Below are positions 1-10,420 of a DNA stretch of 64,000 nucleotides, in pieces. Each line of letters opens with the position of its first letter. The stretch's first letter is position 1. A program made the translations under genes and the position numbers. The notes below the pieces were generated by a model that did no database searches, was not told the DNA's origin, and saw nothing but the letters and a program-made list of their open reading frames with translations. Source of the stretch: Bacteroidota bacterium (GTDB taxonomy: Bacteria > Bacteroidota > Bacteroidia > 2-12-FULL-35-15); assembly GCA_947466965.1 (NCBI GenBank), contig CANIFU010000003.1:23151-87150 (forward strand), read 5' to 3'.

Positions 1-162
1 AAATCGTAAAACGCTCAGGTGTTTTCCTGTGTCCATGTTTTTCCAAATATTCAGAAAAAATTTGTTTTACAGTTTCTTTTGTATCAGTTTCTGACATTCT
101 CTTTTTTTGAAATTGAGCTATAAAATTACGATTTTTTTTGGTTCAGAACCTGAAAAATAGTC

Positions 163-205
163 ACAAAAAAAAACGACTCAAAAGGCTTGCAAATGAGTCG
201 TTTTT
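163..205 (-). terminator. Bidirectional rho-independent terminator downstream of relA/spoT
   Basis: Perfect inverted repeat 'acgactca' (173-180) / 'tgagtcgt' (194-201) with a 13-nt loop. It is flanked by an A9 tract (165-173) and a T5 tract (201-205). Read on the minus strand this gives a hairpin followed by U9, directly after the relA stop at 228. Confidence 0.8.
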
Positions 206-227
206 GGATAGAGGAAAGCTCTTGTTT

Positions 228-2447
228 TTAATTATTGCCGTCAATTCGGCTAACACTCAATACACCGTTTACCTTTTTTAGTTTTTTCATTAATTCTGTC
301 AGGTGATTTGTATCGTGCACAAATACCATTACGGTGCCTTCAAACGTTCCATCATTGGTATCAAAACTAATAGAACGCATATTCACATTTAACTCATTAG
401 AGATAATTTTTGTAATGTTATTTACTAATCCCACTTCATCAATTCCTGTAATTTTTAATCCCGACAAGAAAGAGATCAACTCTTGACTTGTCCATTTTGC
501 TTTTACCACACGATATGCATAGTTTGAGAGCAATTGAATGGCATTTGGACAGTTTACACGATGAATTTTTATTCCTTCGTTAATCGTGATAAAACCAAAT
601 ACATCATCACCGGGAATAGGAGTGCAGCAGGGTGAAAGTTTATAATCAATTTTTTGTAAATTTTCTCCAATCACCAGCAAGTCTGATTTCCCTCTTGCTG
701 CAGTAACCATTTGTTCTAGCGATTGAGTCGTATCTGTTTTTTTAATGTTTCCGGATTTATGAACGATTTTACCATGTTCCTGACGGAAATCTTTCAGATG
801 TTTTAGATTAATGTTTCCAACAGCAACTCTGTAGAATAACTCCTGGCTACTTTGTAATTTAAAATAATTCGTTAATTCATTGATGTTTGAAACAGTAAAG
901 TCTATTTTTAGATGATTGAATTTCCGTTGAAGCATTTCTCGTCCATCTTCAGCAATTTTTCTTCTTTCTTCTTTGAGAGCATTTTTGATTTTCGATTTAG
1001 CTCTTGCTGTAACAACATATCCAAGCCAATCTTCCTTTGGCGTTTGTTTATTTGATGTAAGTACTTCTACCTGATCACCACTTTTTAATTTGTAACTGAG
1101 TGGCACTAATTTATGATTCACTTTGGCCCCGATACATTTTTCGCCCACTTTTGTATGAATGTCAAAAGCGAAATCCAGTGCTGTTGCGCCTATTGGTAAT
1201 GTTTTCATTTCTCCTTTAGGAGTAAATGCAAAAATCTCTTCAGCAAAAAGGTTGAGTTTGAAATCATCCAAAAATTCCATTGCATTTTCTTCCGGACTTT
1301 CAAGTATCTCTCTGATCTTTCTTATCCAGTCGTCAAGTTGACTTTCATTTGCACTGTCTTTATACTTCCAATGAGCAGCATATCCTTTTTCAGCTAATTC
1401 ATCCATCCGAATGGTTCTAATCTGAACTTCCACCCATTTACCATCCGGACCCATAACAGTTGTATGTAAGCTTTCGTATCCATTGGCTTTGGGTGTCGAA
1501 ATCCAATCTCGGAGGCGATCAGGGCTTGGATGATAAAAATCGGTAACGATAGAGTAAACCCTCCAGCAGTCTGTTTTTTCATTTTCTGCGGGTGTGTCAA
1601 TAATAATTCTGATGGCAAATAAATCGTAAATTTCTTCAAAGGGAACACCTTTGTATTTAATTTTATTATTAATTGAATAGATAGATTTTGGTCGTCCGAT
1701 TATTTTTGCTTTCAGACCTTGTTCTTCTAATATTTCTTTGATCGGAACAATAAATTTGCTGATGAACTTTTTTCGTTCTGGTTCGGAATCTCGCAAACGT
1801 TTTTCAATATCTTCAAAAACTTCCGGCTCAGTAAATTTCAACCCTAAGTCCTCTAATTCAGTTTTTATTGCATTTAGTCCAAGGCGGTGAGCAAGCGGTG
1901 CATATAAATAAAGTGTTTCGGATGCTATTTTTAATTGTTTATCGCGTTTCATGCTTTCTAAGGTGCGCATGTTATGTAGGCGATCGGCTAGTTTAATAAG
2001 GATTACACGTACATCATCAGAAAGAGTAAGCAACATTTTTCTGAAATTCTCTGCTTGTAAAGAAGAGCTTTGATCAAATACACCTGAAATTTTTGTGAGT
2101 CCATCAATAATTTTAGCTTCCTTTTCTCCAAATAATCCTTTTATATCTTCAAGCGTAAGATCGGTATCTTCAACCACATCGTGAAGTAAAGCACAAACAA
2201 CTGATGTTGTTCCCAAACCTATTTCTTCGGCGCAGATGTGAGCAACAGCAATCGGGTGATAGATATAAGGTTCTCCTGATTTTCTGCGCATGTTTTTATG
2301 CGCCTCAAGTGAAATGTCAAATGCTTTTCGGATAAGAAGCTTGTCACCTTTTTCAAGCGTACGTTTACAGGCATGTAAAAGAGCACGATAACGTTTTAAT
2401 ATCTCTTTTTTTTCGTCTTCTAAATTAATAACAGGTTGTTCTTGCAT
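228..2447 (-). CDS. relA: Bifunctional (p)ppGpp synthetase/hydrolase, RelA/SpoT family
   Basis: 739 aa. N-terminal HD hydrolase region (HPIAVAHI...HDVVEDT), RelA/SpoT synthetase core (RPKSIYSI, DLFAIRII), then TGS- and ACT-like C-terminal regions. Length and domain order are typical of Rel/SpoT. Confidence 0.95.
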   Translation of the reverse strand: MQEQPVINLEDEKKEILKRYRALLHACKRTLEKGDKLLIRKAFDISLEAHKNMRRKSGEPYIYHPIAVAHICAEEIGLGTTSVVCALLHDVVEDTDLTLEDIKGLFGEKEAKIIDGLTKISGVFDQSSSLQAENFRKMLLTLSDDVRVILIKLADRLHNMRTLESMKRDKQLKIASETLYLYAPLAHRLGLNAIKTELEDLGLKFTEPEVFEDIEKRLRDSEPERKKFISKFIVPIKEILEEQGLKAKIIGRPKSIYSINNKIKYKGVPFEEIYDLFAIRIIIDTPAENEKTDCWRVYSIVTDFYHPSPDRLRDWISTPKANGYESLHTTVMGPDGKWVEVQIRTIRMDELAEKGYAAHWKYKDSANESQLDDWIRKIREILESPEENAMEFLDDFKLNLFAEEIFAFTPKGEMKTLPIGATALDFAFDIHTKVGEKCIGAKVNHKLVPLSYKLKSGDQVEVLTSNKQTPKEDWLGYVVTARAKSKIKNALKEERRKIAEDGREMLQRKFNHLKIDFTVSNINELTNYFKLQSSQELFYRVAVGNINLKHLKDFRQEHGKIVHKSGNIKKTDTTQSLEQMVTAARGKSDLLVIGENLQKIDYKLSPCCTPIPGDDVFGFITINEGIKIHRVNCPNAIQLLSNYAYRVVKAKWTSQELISFLSGLKITGIDEVGLVNNITKIISNELNVNMRSISFDTNDGTFEGTVMVFVHDTNHLTELMKKLKKVNGVLSVSRIDGNN

Positions 2448-2595
2448 ACGGGTAGCATAATTTGGAGTAAAGTTAGCAATTTATGGTATTTAATAAAAAT
2501 GTGTTGAAAGTTAAATATAAGAGGTTTAAATATGTTTTTTGTTGAAATGAAAATTCTAATTTTATATCGCATCCCCTGCACATTGAAATATTAAA

Positions 2596-3012
2596 ATGAA
2601 TAAAGTAATCACAACGGTAGCAGAAATGTTTATCGATGAGCATGGTATTTTACAGATTAAAATATTACCCAATGCTCAGATAACAATAGAATCTGTTCGA
2701 GCGTATTTTTCAGCAACATTAGAAATGTTATCCGGAAAAAAAGCTCTTATTTTATTTGACGGGAGCGAAAATTATTTCATTACTGAAGAAGCAAAACGAT
2801 TTGGATCTAGCCAAGAGGTTACAGATACGCGTATTGCTATTGCCTATGTAACCAATTCAATTTCTAATAAACTGATTTTTAATTTATATATGAATATTTA
2901 TAAACCTTCGGTTCCTTCCAAAATGTTTTCTTCTAAGAAAGCTGGTTTGGAGTGGCTTAAAAAATTTTATATTATGCCGGGTGAAAAGTATATTTTAAAT
3001 AAGAAGAAATAG
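2596..3012 (+). CDS. Hypothetical small protein (138 aa)
   Basis: Intact ORF transcribed divergently from relA. I see no recognisable catalytic motif. Composition is coding-like and the stop abuts the next gene. Confidence 0.45.
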   Translation: MNKVITTVAEMFIDEHGILQIKILPNAQITIESVRAYFSATLEMLSGKKALILFDGSENYFITEEAKRFGSSQEVTDTRIAIAYVTNSISNKLIFNLYMNIYKPSVPSKMFSSKKAGLEWLKKFYIMPGEKYILNKKK

Positions 3013-3924
3013 CTATTCAATCTTTCTTAACCAAACGCATAATTGCATCCCCGTATTTGTCATTTTCATATATGGTTTTACAAAAAAATCAACGAATTTA
3101 GGCATGTAGGTATTGCAAACATGATATTCATGAAAGATCACTTCATATTTATTTTGTTTTCCATGTAATTCAAAAGACTTTAACCCAAATTCATAAAGGT
3201 GAAACGGAGAATGCATCGGACTTATATTTCCAACATAATCCGTACAAATTAACTTGTAAAAAAAATTTATTATTTTGTGAATAAGCCAATGCGATGATGG
3301 AATTTCAATTTGAATAATACCATTGGGTTTAAGCCATTTTAAAGCTTTCACAATTGATTCTCCAGGTGAGTATAAATGTTCCAAAACTGCTCCAAATGTT
3401 ATAAAATCAAATTCATTCTCAGGGTAATCGATTTCTTCAATCATCCCCAATTTTAATTTTTCTGGATTAATTTTCATTTTATTTATTGCATTTTGATAAA
3501 ATGGTTCAGATGGCTCTAGGCCATATGTATCAAATCCTACATTGTTAAGCGCAATCATACACTTCCCTAATCCAGCTCCTATATCCAATGCTTTAGCCCC
3601 TTTTTTTATAGGTGCAAGATGTTGTAATGTTTTTATTTCATTTGCAAAATAATGATCGTTCAACAAAAAGTATTCTTCTTTCCAATAATTTTCAGGAGGA
3701 ACGCCATAGTGATCCTGAATATCGAAAGGTATTGGTTGAGGATTTGCAAATATTAAACTGCAAATATTACATTTCATAATAGTTGTAGTTATTCCGGTTT
3801 TTGACCTAGGTTTTTTCCCTTGCGCTGTATTCAACCGTTTTCCCAATATAAGATGGTTGGAGTTTGCAGCCCCACACATATTACAGTTTGTTATATTCAA
3901 AAAACGATATTTTAGTTCTTTCAT
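3013..3924 (-). CDS. Class I SAM-dependent methyltransferase with N-terminal Cys4 zinc ribbon
   Basis: Glycine-rich SAM-binding motif I 'LDIGAGLGKCM' and a downstream acidic motif II (ITFGAVLEHL). N-terminal CNMCG...(x)...CNICS pair of CxxC. Confidence 0.8.
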   Translation of the reverse strand: MKELKYRFLNITNCNMCGAANSNHLILGKRLNTAQGKKPRSKTGITTTIMKCNICSLIFANPQPIPFDIQDHYGVPPENYWKEEYFLLNDHYFANEIKTLQHLAPIKKGAKALDIGAGLGKCMIALNNVGFDTYGLEPSEPFYQNAINKMKINPEKLKLGMIEEIDYPENEFDFITFGAVLEHLYSPGESIVKALKWLKPNGIIQIEIPSSHWLIHKIINFFYKLICTDYVGNISPMHSPFHLYEFGLKSFELHGKQNKYEVIFHEYHVCNTYMPKFVDFFVKPYMKMTNTGMQLCVWLRKIE

Positions 3925-3925
3925 A

Positions 3926-4963
3926 TTAATTATCTTTTTGTTGCTCTAGTTCCCATTTCCAAGCCGAGCGCATCATATCCTCCAAATTATATTTAGGCGT
4001 CCAGCCAAGTATTTTTTCTGTAAAGGAATTGTCAGAATAAATAGCACCCACATCGCCTTCTCTTTTTTTACCGATTTCGAATTTTAATTTCAATCCGCTA
4101 ACTTTTTCAAAAGCGGAAATGGCTTCTAATACACTTACTCCATTTCCTGATCCCAAGTTTAAAATAGAAAAGTGTAATTTGTTTTTGTTTTCAATCAATA
4201 GGTCTAACGCTTTTATATGAGCAATGGCAATGTCTGTAACATGCACATAGTCGCGGATACATGTCCCATCTCGGGTAGGGTAATCGTTCCCAAAAACGGT
4301 CATTTGAGCGATTTTTCCAATTGCTGTATTTGTAATAATCGGAACCAGATTATTGGGTTTATTTATTGGTAATTCACCGTTAAGTCCGGATACATGAGCA
4401 CCTACTGGATTGAAATATCTTAATGCAATAGTTTGAATATGACTGTATGCTTTTGCATAATCTTTAATTATTTCCTCTCCTACTTGTTTTGTGAATGCAT
4501 AAGGAGATTCGGCTTTGCCAATTGGAGATGTTTCTTTAACAGGCAGCTCTTCAATATTACCATAAACAGAACAGGATGATGAAAAAATAAAGTTTTTTAT
4601 TTTATATTTTTCGCTGCAATCTAGAATGTTTAGGAGTGAGTTAATGTTGTTATAGTAATATTTTTGAGGATCTGAGACTGATTCTCCAACGGATTTGAAA
4701 GCAGCAAAATGAATAATTCCGACGATGTTATTGTATTGCTCAAATACCTTTTCTAATTCAGATTTATTGCAAATGTCAATTTGATAATTCAGAATTCGTT
4801 TGCCTGTTATTTGTTCAATTCTATCAAATGTTTTATTCGTTGAATTTGAATAGTTATCAATGGATACAACATTGAAACTTGTTGTTTGAATTAATTCTAT
4901 AATAGTATGAGAGCCTATATAACCAGCACCACCTGTTACAAGTATTGTTTTTGAAGAATTCAT
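3926..4963 (-). CDS. galE: NAD-dependent sugar-nucleotide 4-epimerase (GalE family, UDP-Glc/GlcNAc 4-epimerase)
   Basis: Rossmann motif 'ILVTGGAGYIGSH'. Catalytic SxnYxxxK context (SSSCSVYG...SPYAFTK). 345 aa, typical GalE length. Confidence 0.85.
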   Translation of the reverse strand: MNSSKTILVTGGAGYIGSHTIIELIQTTSFNVVSIDNYSNSTNKTFDRIEQITGKRILNYQIDICNKSELEKVFEQYNNIVGIIHFAAFKSVGESVSDPQKYYYNNINSLLNILDCSEKYKIKNFIFSSSCSVYGNIEELPVKETSPIGKAESPYAFTKQVGEEIIKDYAKAYSHIQTIALRYFNPVGAHVSGLNGELPINKPNNLVPIITNTAIGKIAQMTVFGNDYPTRDGTCIRDYVHVTDIAIAHIKALDLLIENKNKLHFSILNLGSGNGVSVLEAISAFEKVSGLKLKFEIGKKREGDVGAIYSDNSFTEKILGWTPKYNLEDMMRSAWKWELEQQKDN

Positions 4964-4969
4964 TTTTCT

Positions 4970-6238
4970 TTATCTAGTTATTTTTTTTGAACTTAGTTTT
5001 GCATAAATACGATCATATATTTCTATTCCTTTTTCAAGGGAAAAATATTTTTTCGAAGCATCGGTTATAGTTCTGTTATCAATATTCAAAAATACATCAA
5101 TTTGACTAATTATACGATTGTATTCCTCTATAGTAAATTCGTTAATAAGCATTCCTGCTCCCGAATCTGTAATTATTTTATCACTATCGCCAATTCCTGT
5201 GTTGGTTATAATTGGGATCCCCAATGACAGTATTTCTCCTGTTTTAGTTGGGGAAGAAGCTTTTTTTGAGTACAGGGGTTTGATAAAATAAATAGAGATA
5301 ACTGAAAGGCTTAAATATAAAGGAACTTCATTTCTGCTTGCGGAATGAATAATTAATTGGTCCTTAGATATACCTTTTGCAACGGCCTTAGATATGATAG
5401 TATTTTTGTCGTCAGGAGTTATGAATAGGAATTTTGCGTTTACCTTTTTTTCTAATAGACACTGGAAGAAATCCAACATTTCGTCTAGTAGATACCATGT
5501 TCCAATGGATCCCAAATAGCTTATTACGAAGTTATCCTTATTTAATTTTAGATCTGATCTTAATTCTTCTTGTTTTTTTAAATCAATGTTTTTTTGTGTA
5601 AATAAATTTAAGTCTGCACAACAGGGAATTACTTCTATAGGAATCTCTTTTGTTAGAAATGGTTTCCACGAGAGTATCTCTTTTTTAGCGTTTTCGGTTA
5701 AGCTGATTGTGTAATCTGCAGTATTAAGGAATTCAAGTTCTTTTTTTTTGAAAAAGCTATACAAGCTTTTTTGGATAGGGTTTTTAATATTCCAAATATT
5801 GCCATCAATACGTTCATCGGCCCAAAAACCACGCATATCAAAAATAAATTTGATACCCAATTTGTTTTTCAGTTTTAATCCGATTAATGCGGCCATGTAA
5901 CTTCTGCAATGTATCAATTCTATTTTATTTTCACTGCAAATATTTTTCGATACCCCTTGTATACGTATTAAATTAAGCTGTTTTGAGAAGATGGAAGGTA
6001 ATTCTGAATATGGCACTGGATGCCAACTAATACTATTTGCCTCTAAAAGTTGTTTAATAAAATCAGCAGATTTCTTGAACCGCTCTGATTTTTCACAGCT
6101 GACAATTGAGATAGAATGGCCTTTCTTGGATAGCCCAATTAAATAAGGTATTACCTGAGATTGACCAAGTGGATCAGTCATTCCATCATATGAAATATAA
6201 AGTGTGTTCATCCAGTATAATGCATAATTTGCATGCAA
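4970..6238 (-). CDS. Glycosyltransferase, GT4-like (GT-B fold)
   Basis: 422 aa. N-terminal 'ISYDGMTDPLGQSQVIPYL' acceptor-domain pattern. C-terminal region with E-x7-E-like donor-binding segment (GIPIITNTGIGDSD). It sits inside the polysaccharide locus. Confidence 0.65.
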   Translation of the reverse strand: MHANYALYWMNTLYISYDGMTDPLGQSQVIPYLIGLSKKGHSISIVSCEKSERFKKSADFIKQLLEANSISWHPVPYSELPSIFSKQLNLIRIQGVSKNICSENKIELIHCRSYMAALIGLKLKNKLGIKFIFDMRGFWADERIDGNIWNIKNPIQKSLYSFFKKKELEFLNTADYTISLTENAKKEILSWKPFLTKEIPIEVIPCCADLNLFTQKNIDLKKQEELRSDLKLNKDNFVISYLGSIGTWYLLDEMLDFFQCLLEKKVNAKFLFITPDDKNTIISKAVAKGISKDQLIIHSASRNEVPLYLSLSVISIYFIKPLYSKKASSPTKTGEILSLGIPIITNTGIGDSDKIITDSGAGMLINEFTIEEYNRIISQIDVFLNIDNRTITDASKKYFSLEKGIEIYDRIYAKLSSKKITR

Positions 6239-6308
6239 GTTTAAGATATTATTTGGAACAATGTGTTACTTTTGTCTTAATTACACCTTCTAATTTGAAT
6301 AAGCGGTA

Positions 6309-7643
6309 ATGGTACTTACTATTTTCGATTTTCTATTAATTCCGATCTACTTGCTGGTGATTTATTATTTTGCAAGTAGAATTCAGCATAAGAATATAAA
6401 AGATAAGCCTTTGTATAAATGGTATACCAAAGGGTTGATGGTGAAGATATTCGGAGCAATCGCAGTTTGTCTTATTTATCAACTTTATTATACAGGTGGT
6501 GATACAACTAACTACTTTGAAACATCCAAAGCAATCGCTAATCTTTTATATAAAGACAGTTACATTTTTTGGGATGTGATTACTGGTAATAATTCATCTG
6601 AAAATTACAGCTATTTTGATTCGAATACTGGAATACCAGTTTATTGGCGTGACGATAAAACAGTTTATGCTGCGCGTTTATTTGTCCCTTTGTTTTTTCT
6701 TTCTTTCCAAAGTTTTGTTGTAATGGCAATTTTACTTTCTTGGATTTGTTATACAGGTATTTGGCGGTTATTTTTATTGTTCAATGATGTGTTTCCAGCA
6801 TTAGAAAAACAATTTGCAATTTCTTTTTTATTTATTCCATCTGTTGTTTTTTGGGGCTCCGGTTTGTTGAAAGATACGATTACACTTTCTGCTGTTGGTT
6901 GGTATACCTATCACTTTTATTACTTTTTTATTAAAAAGAAATATAACATTAAAAGTGCAATTTTCATTTTTGTTAGTTCGTATTTACTCATTGGAATTAA
7001 GCCTTATATTCTTTTTGCATTGCTTCCGGGATCCATTATTTGGTTGTCAAACGAAAGGTTAAAAAAGATACAAAGTAAAGTGTTGAGATCAATTGCAGCT
7101 CCTTTTTTTATTTCAATAGGAGTTGGCTTGGGCTTCTTTGTACTTTCTCAGATGGGTGATGTTTTAGGCGTTTATTCTGTTGATAAAGTGCTCGATAAAG
7201 CAGTAGCATCAAATATGGATCAAAAGCAAGAATATTATGGTGGTAATAGTTTTGATATTGGAGATTTTGATGCAACAGTATCAGGAACAATGAGTAAAGC
7301 TCATTTGGCAATTACGGCTACTTTATTTAGACCCTTTCTATGGGATGCGAAGAATCCGGTAATGCTTTTATCAGCGTTCGAAAACACTTATATCTTGCTA
7401 CTTACTTTATTTCTATTGTTTAAACTTAAATTTCTAGGATTCTTTGCTTTAATAGGTGAAAATCCTTTATTACTTTTTTCAGTTTTATTTTCACTTTTCT
7501 TTGCTTTTTCCGTAGGACTTGCGACTTCAAATTTCGGCTCCTTAGTTAGACTCAAGATTCCTTGTATTCCATTTTTTGTTTCTAGTCTTTTCGTTTTAAA
7601 ATATTTATACGAAAATAAGGTGAAAATTAAACCTCGTTTTTGA
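6309..7643 (+). CDS. Polytopic membrane protein, candidate O-antigen/EPS polymerase (Wzy-like)
   Basis: 444 aa with at least 10 predicted hydrophobic helices and a large loop. It is the only plus-strand gene in the glycan locus. No ATPase or enzyme motifs. Wzy-like is an inference from context and topology. Confidence 0.5.
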   Translation: MVLTIFDFLLIPIYLLVIYYFASRIQHKNIKDKPLYKWYTKGLMVKIFGAIAVCLIYQLYYTGGDTTNYFETSKAIANLLYKDSYIFWDVITGNNSSENYSYFDSNTGIPVYWRDDKTVYAARLFVPLFFLSFQSFVVMAILLSWICYTGIWRLFLLFNDVFPALEKQFAISFLFIPSVVFWGSGLLKDTITLSAVGWYTYHFYYFFIKKKYNIKSAIFIFVSSYLLIGIKPYILFALLPGSIIWLSNERLKKIQSKVLRSIAAPFFISIGVGLGFFVLSQMGDVLGVYSVDKVLDKAVASNMDQKQEYYGGNSFDIGDFDATVSGTMSKAHLAITATLFRPFLWDAKNPVMLLSAFENTYILLLTLFLLFKLKFLGFFALIGENPLLLFSVLFSLFFAFSVGLATSNFGSLVRLKIPCIPFFVSSLFVLKYLYENKVKIKPRF

Positions 7644-9510
7644 TTAACCATTTATGCAAAACAATAAGCAGCCATAAACGGTTGTATAAATAACTTTGCT
7701 TGTGTTTTAAAAAATCTTCCTTTAATTTTTTAACGTATTTATAATCAACGTAATTAAATTGTTTTATTACCTTTTCAGAAAGAAAGTCTTCGATAAGAAA
7801 CAACAATTCTTTATTAAGCCATTTTTCTAATGGAATTGCAAAACCTTGTTTGGGGCGATCAAAAAATTTAGCAGGAACATATTGATATAATATTTCTTTC
7901 AAAAGATATTTAGTGACGCCATTTTTATATTTCAAATCCGGGGACAGGTTCAAAGCAAATTCAATTATTCGGTGATCAAGAAAGGGAACACGCGTTTCCA
8001 ATGAAAAATGCATACTTGCCCTGTCGACTTTTGTTAATAAGTCATCTTGAAGATAAAAGTTCAGATCAAAAACAGCCTGCTTTTCCATCGCATCTAAATT
8101 CCTGGATAAATGATTGATTTCAATACCAAAATTATTTAATGATTCAGCATTTTTAGATCCTTTTGTATTACTGAAATCTTCTGTGAGCAAATGATCAAGA
8201 TCTTGTAATGAGAAATAATATTGTTCCTGAGAAAGAATATGACTGTATTGAAGAATATTATTGGGATATTTAAAATAATCCGCATGACGGCTAAATCTTG
8301 TTTTAGAATTGGATAGAATAGAAGAAATGGGTTGACGAAATGCCTTTACCAACGGTTGATTTAACCGTTGCGCCCATTTATATGCCCCATAGCCTAAAAA
8401 TAATTCATCTCCTCCTTCACCTGAAAGGGTTACTGTGACATGTTGTTTTGCTAATTTAGATACAAGTAGCGTTGGAATTGCTGATGAGTCGGCAAATGGC
8501 TCGCTGTATGTATCAAATATTGGTTCAATTAAGTCTATCGCATCTTTATATGAAACAATAAATTCATGATGATTGGTTCCTAAATAATTAGCAACCGCTT
8601 TAGCATAAATGGATTCATTAAATCGATTTTCTTCAAATCCAATCGAAAATGTATTCACTTTCACTCCAGAAATATTTACGGCATTTGCTGTAATCAAACT
8701 AGAATCAATACCCCCACTTAAAAAAACTCCAAAGGGAACATCGCTTTTAATCTGATATTGAACAGAGCTCATTAATAAATCACTTAACTTAACCAATGCT
8801 TCTTTTTCAGAAGTAATAATTTTTTCTGAAACTTGTTTATTCACTGACCAGTATTTGTGTGTTTCACAATTGTTTTTTGAAATCTTCAACCAGGAACCAG
8901 ATTCTAATTTTTTAATCGACTTGTATATGGATTGAGGTGTGGGAATAAATCCTAAATGTAGAAATTGATAAATAGCATTTTTATTTATTTCTAAGGGTAT
9001 GGCTGCCAATTTTTTTAGTGCTTTTAATTCAGAAGCAAATGCAAAATTTGCGCCATCCCAAAAATAATAGAATGGTTTTATTCCAATTCTATCGCGACAA
9101 ACAAATAGTTCTTTCTTTTCTTTATCATAAATTGCTATTGCAAACATTCCATTCAGTTTTTGAACGAAATCAGGGCCATACCATGCATAAGCTTCTAAAA
9201 TTACTTCAGAATCAGAAGAAGTTCGGAAATCTATTTTTTTATTTTGTTTGAGTTCAGTTGAAATTTCTCTGTAATTATAAACTTCTCCATTGTATACCAT
9301 TACATATCTGCCATCCAATGAATGCATTGGCTGGTTGGCGTTCTCAGATAGATCAATAATACTCAATCTTCGATGTCCCAATCCTATTGTTTCGTCTTTG
9401 AAATATCCACAAGCATCCGGACCGCGATGAGCAATTGAATTGGTCATGTCATGAAGTTCGTCCTCACTAAATTTATTACTGAAAGAGTAATATCCGGCTA
9501 TTCCACACAT
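7627..9510 (-). CDS. asnB: Asparagine synthase (glutamine-hydrolysing), AsnB/WbpS-like amidotransferase
   Basis: Starts 'MCGIAGY' (Cys2 nucleophile of class-II glutamine amidotransferases). PP-loop 'SGGIDSS' in the synthetase domain. 627 aa. Confidence 0.9.
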   Translation of the reverse strand: MCGIAGYYSFSNKFSEDELHDMTNSIAHRGPDACGYFKDETIGLGHRRLSIIDLSENANQPMHSLDGRYVMVYNGEVYNYREISTELKQNKKIDFRTSSDSEVILEAYAWYGPDFVQKLNGMFAIAIYDKEKKELFVCRDRIGIKPFYYFWDGANFAFASELKALKKLAAIPLEINKNAIYQFLHLGFIPTPQSIYKSIKKLESGSWLKISKNNCETHKYWSVNKQVSEKIITSEKEALVKLSDLLMSSVQYQIKSDVPFGVFLSGGIDSSLITANAVNISGVKVNTFSIGFEENRFNESIYAKAVANYLGTNHHEFIVSYKDAIDLIEPIFDTYSEPFADSSAIPTLLVSKLAKQHVTVTLSGEGGDELFLGYGAYKWAQRLNQPLVKAFRQPISSILSNSKTRFSRHADYFKYPNNILQYSHILSQEQYYFSLQDLDHLLTEDFSNTKGSKNAESLNNFGIEINHLSRNLDAMEKQAVFDLNFYLQDDLLTKVDRASMHFSLETRVPFLDHRIIEFALNLSPDLKYKNGVTKYLLKEILYQYVPAKFFDRPKQGFAIPLEKWLNKELLFLIEDFLSEKVIKQFNYVDYKYVKKLKEDFLKHKQSYLYNRLWLLIVLHKWLIKNEV

Positions 9511-9514
9511 ATAG

Positions 9515-10420
9515 TTATGCTTTAATGATTAATTGTTTTATAAATAGAAACGGATTGTAATACAATGCTTTTAATGAATATATAACACAAGGAAAAAACT
9601 GCTTTAAACGAAGAGAACTTCCTGCAAAAATATAATTGGTTTTGAAATTGAACTCCCCGATTAATTTTTTTGGAATCCGATTTATTGTCAGTACTTCTTT
9701 ATGAAAAAGTATATTATCACTTAGCAGACTTGGTGTGAAGTTGTTAGACATGCTTTTTTTATGAACACGGTAATATAAAAAGTTGTCATTAATCAATATT
9801 CCTTTTGTAAAATTTGAAACTTCCACTAAGAAAAATCGATCAGCACTGCTAGATAATTTAGTGTTAAAAAAAACAGCATTGTCCAATAATATTTTTGTAC
9901 GGAATATATAATTAGAAGGGCAAGTGATGATTTCTGAACTATAATTTAACACATCTTTTAAGATGTCTGTACTTGTGCCTTTCCAGATTTTTTCTGAAAG
10001 TTTGTTGCTTTGTTCGTTAATCTTAATCACGTAAGATGTACAAAATCCATATCCGTTGTTACGTTTTAATGCCTGAATACTTTTTTCAATATAGTGTTCA
10101 GATAAAACATCATCGGCATCTAAAAATAAAACAAATTCACCTTTTGCATTTTTTAATCCTTGATTTCTTGTATCAGAAACTCCCGTGTTTTTTTTGAATA
10201 TATAATTTAATCTTTTGTCATTTATCTTTTTAATGATGCACTCCGAATTGTCAGTAGAGCCATCATTGATGCAAATTATTTCAATGTTAGAATAGCTTTG
10301 TTTAAGAGCCGATTCTATAGTTTCAGCAATAAATGCTTCCGAATTATAGCAAGGAATAATAACGGAAACTAGCGGTTCTGAAGTTATTTCTTCTTGCATA
10401 TTGCCAAAAATGTTTTGCAT
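9515..10420 (-). CDS. Glycosyltransferase family 2
   Basis: 'VSVIIPCYNSE...' N-terminal GT-A signature, DxD ('LDADD'), about 300 aa. A real start at the second Met (MQEEI) is possible, which would shorten the overlap with the upstream MTase. Confidence 0.85.
   Translation of the reverse strand: MQNIFGNMQEEITSEPLVSVIIPCYNSEAFIAETIESALKQSYSNIEIICINDGSTDNSECIIKKINDKRLNYIFKKNTGVSDTRNQGLKNAKGEFVLFLDADDVLSEHYIEKSIQALKRNNGYGFCTSYVIKINEQSNKLSEKIWKGTSTDILKDVLNYSSEIITCPSNYIFRTKILLDNAVFFNTKLSSSADRFFLVEVSNFTKGILINDNFLYYRVHKKSMSNNFTPSLLSDNILFHKEVLTINRIPKKLIGEFNFKTNYIFAGSSLRLKQFFPCVIYSLKALYYNPFLFIKQLIIKA

Noticed and set aside
1159-1648. Short ORFs (60 and 84 aa) inside or antisense to relA/spoT
   Set aside because: They lie fully within the well-supported 739-aa RelA/SpoT reading frame, have low-complexity translations and no independent signals. 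They are antisense or frame-shifted artefacts.
2448-2595. Possible Bacteroidota-type promoter motifs (TAnnTTTG-like 'taatttgg' near 2459) in the divergent region between relA and the 138-aa ORF
   Set aside because: Spacing to either start codon does not fit convincingly. In AT-rich sequence such heptamers occur by chance. Not called.
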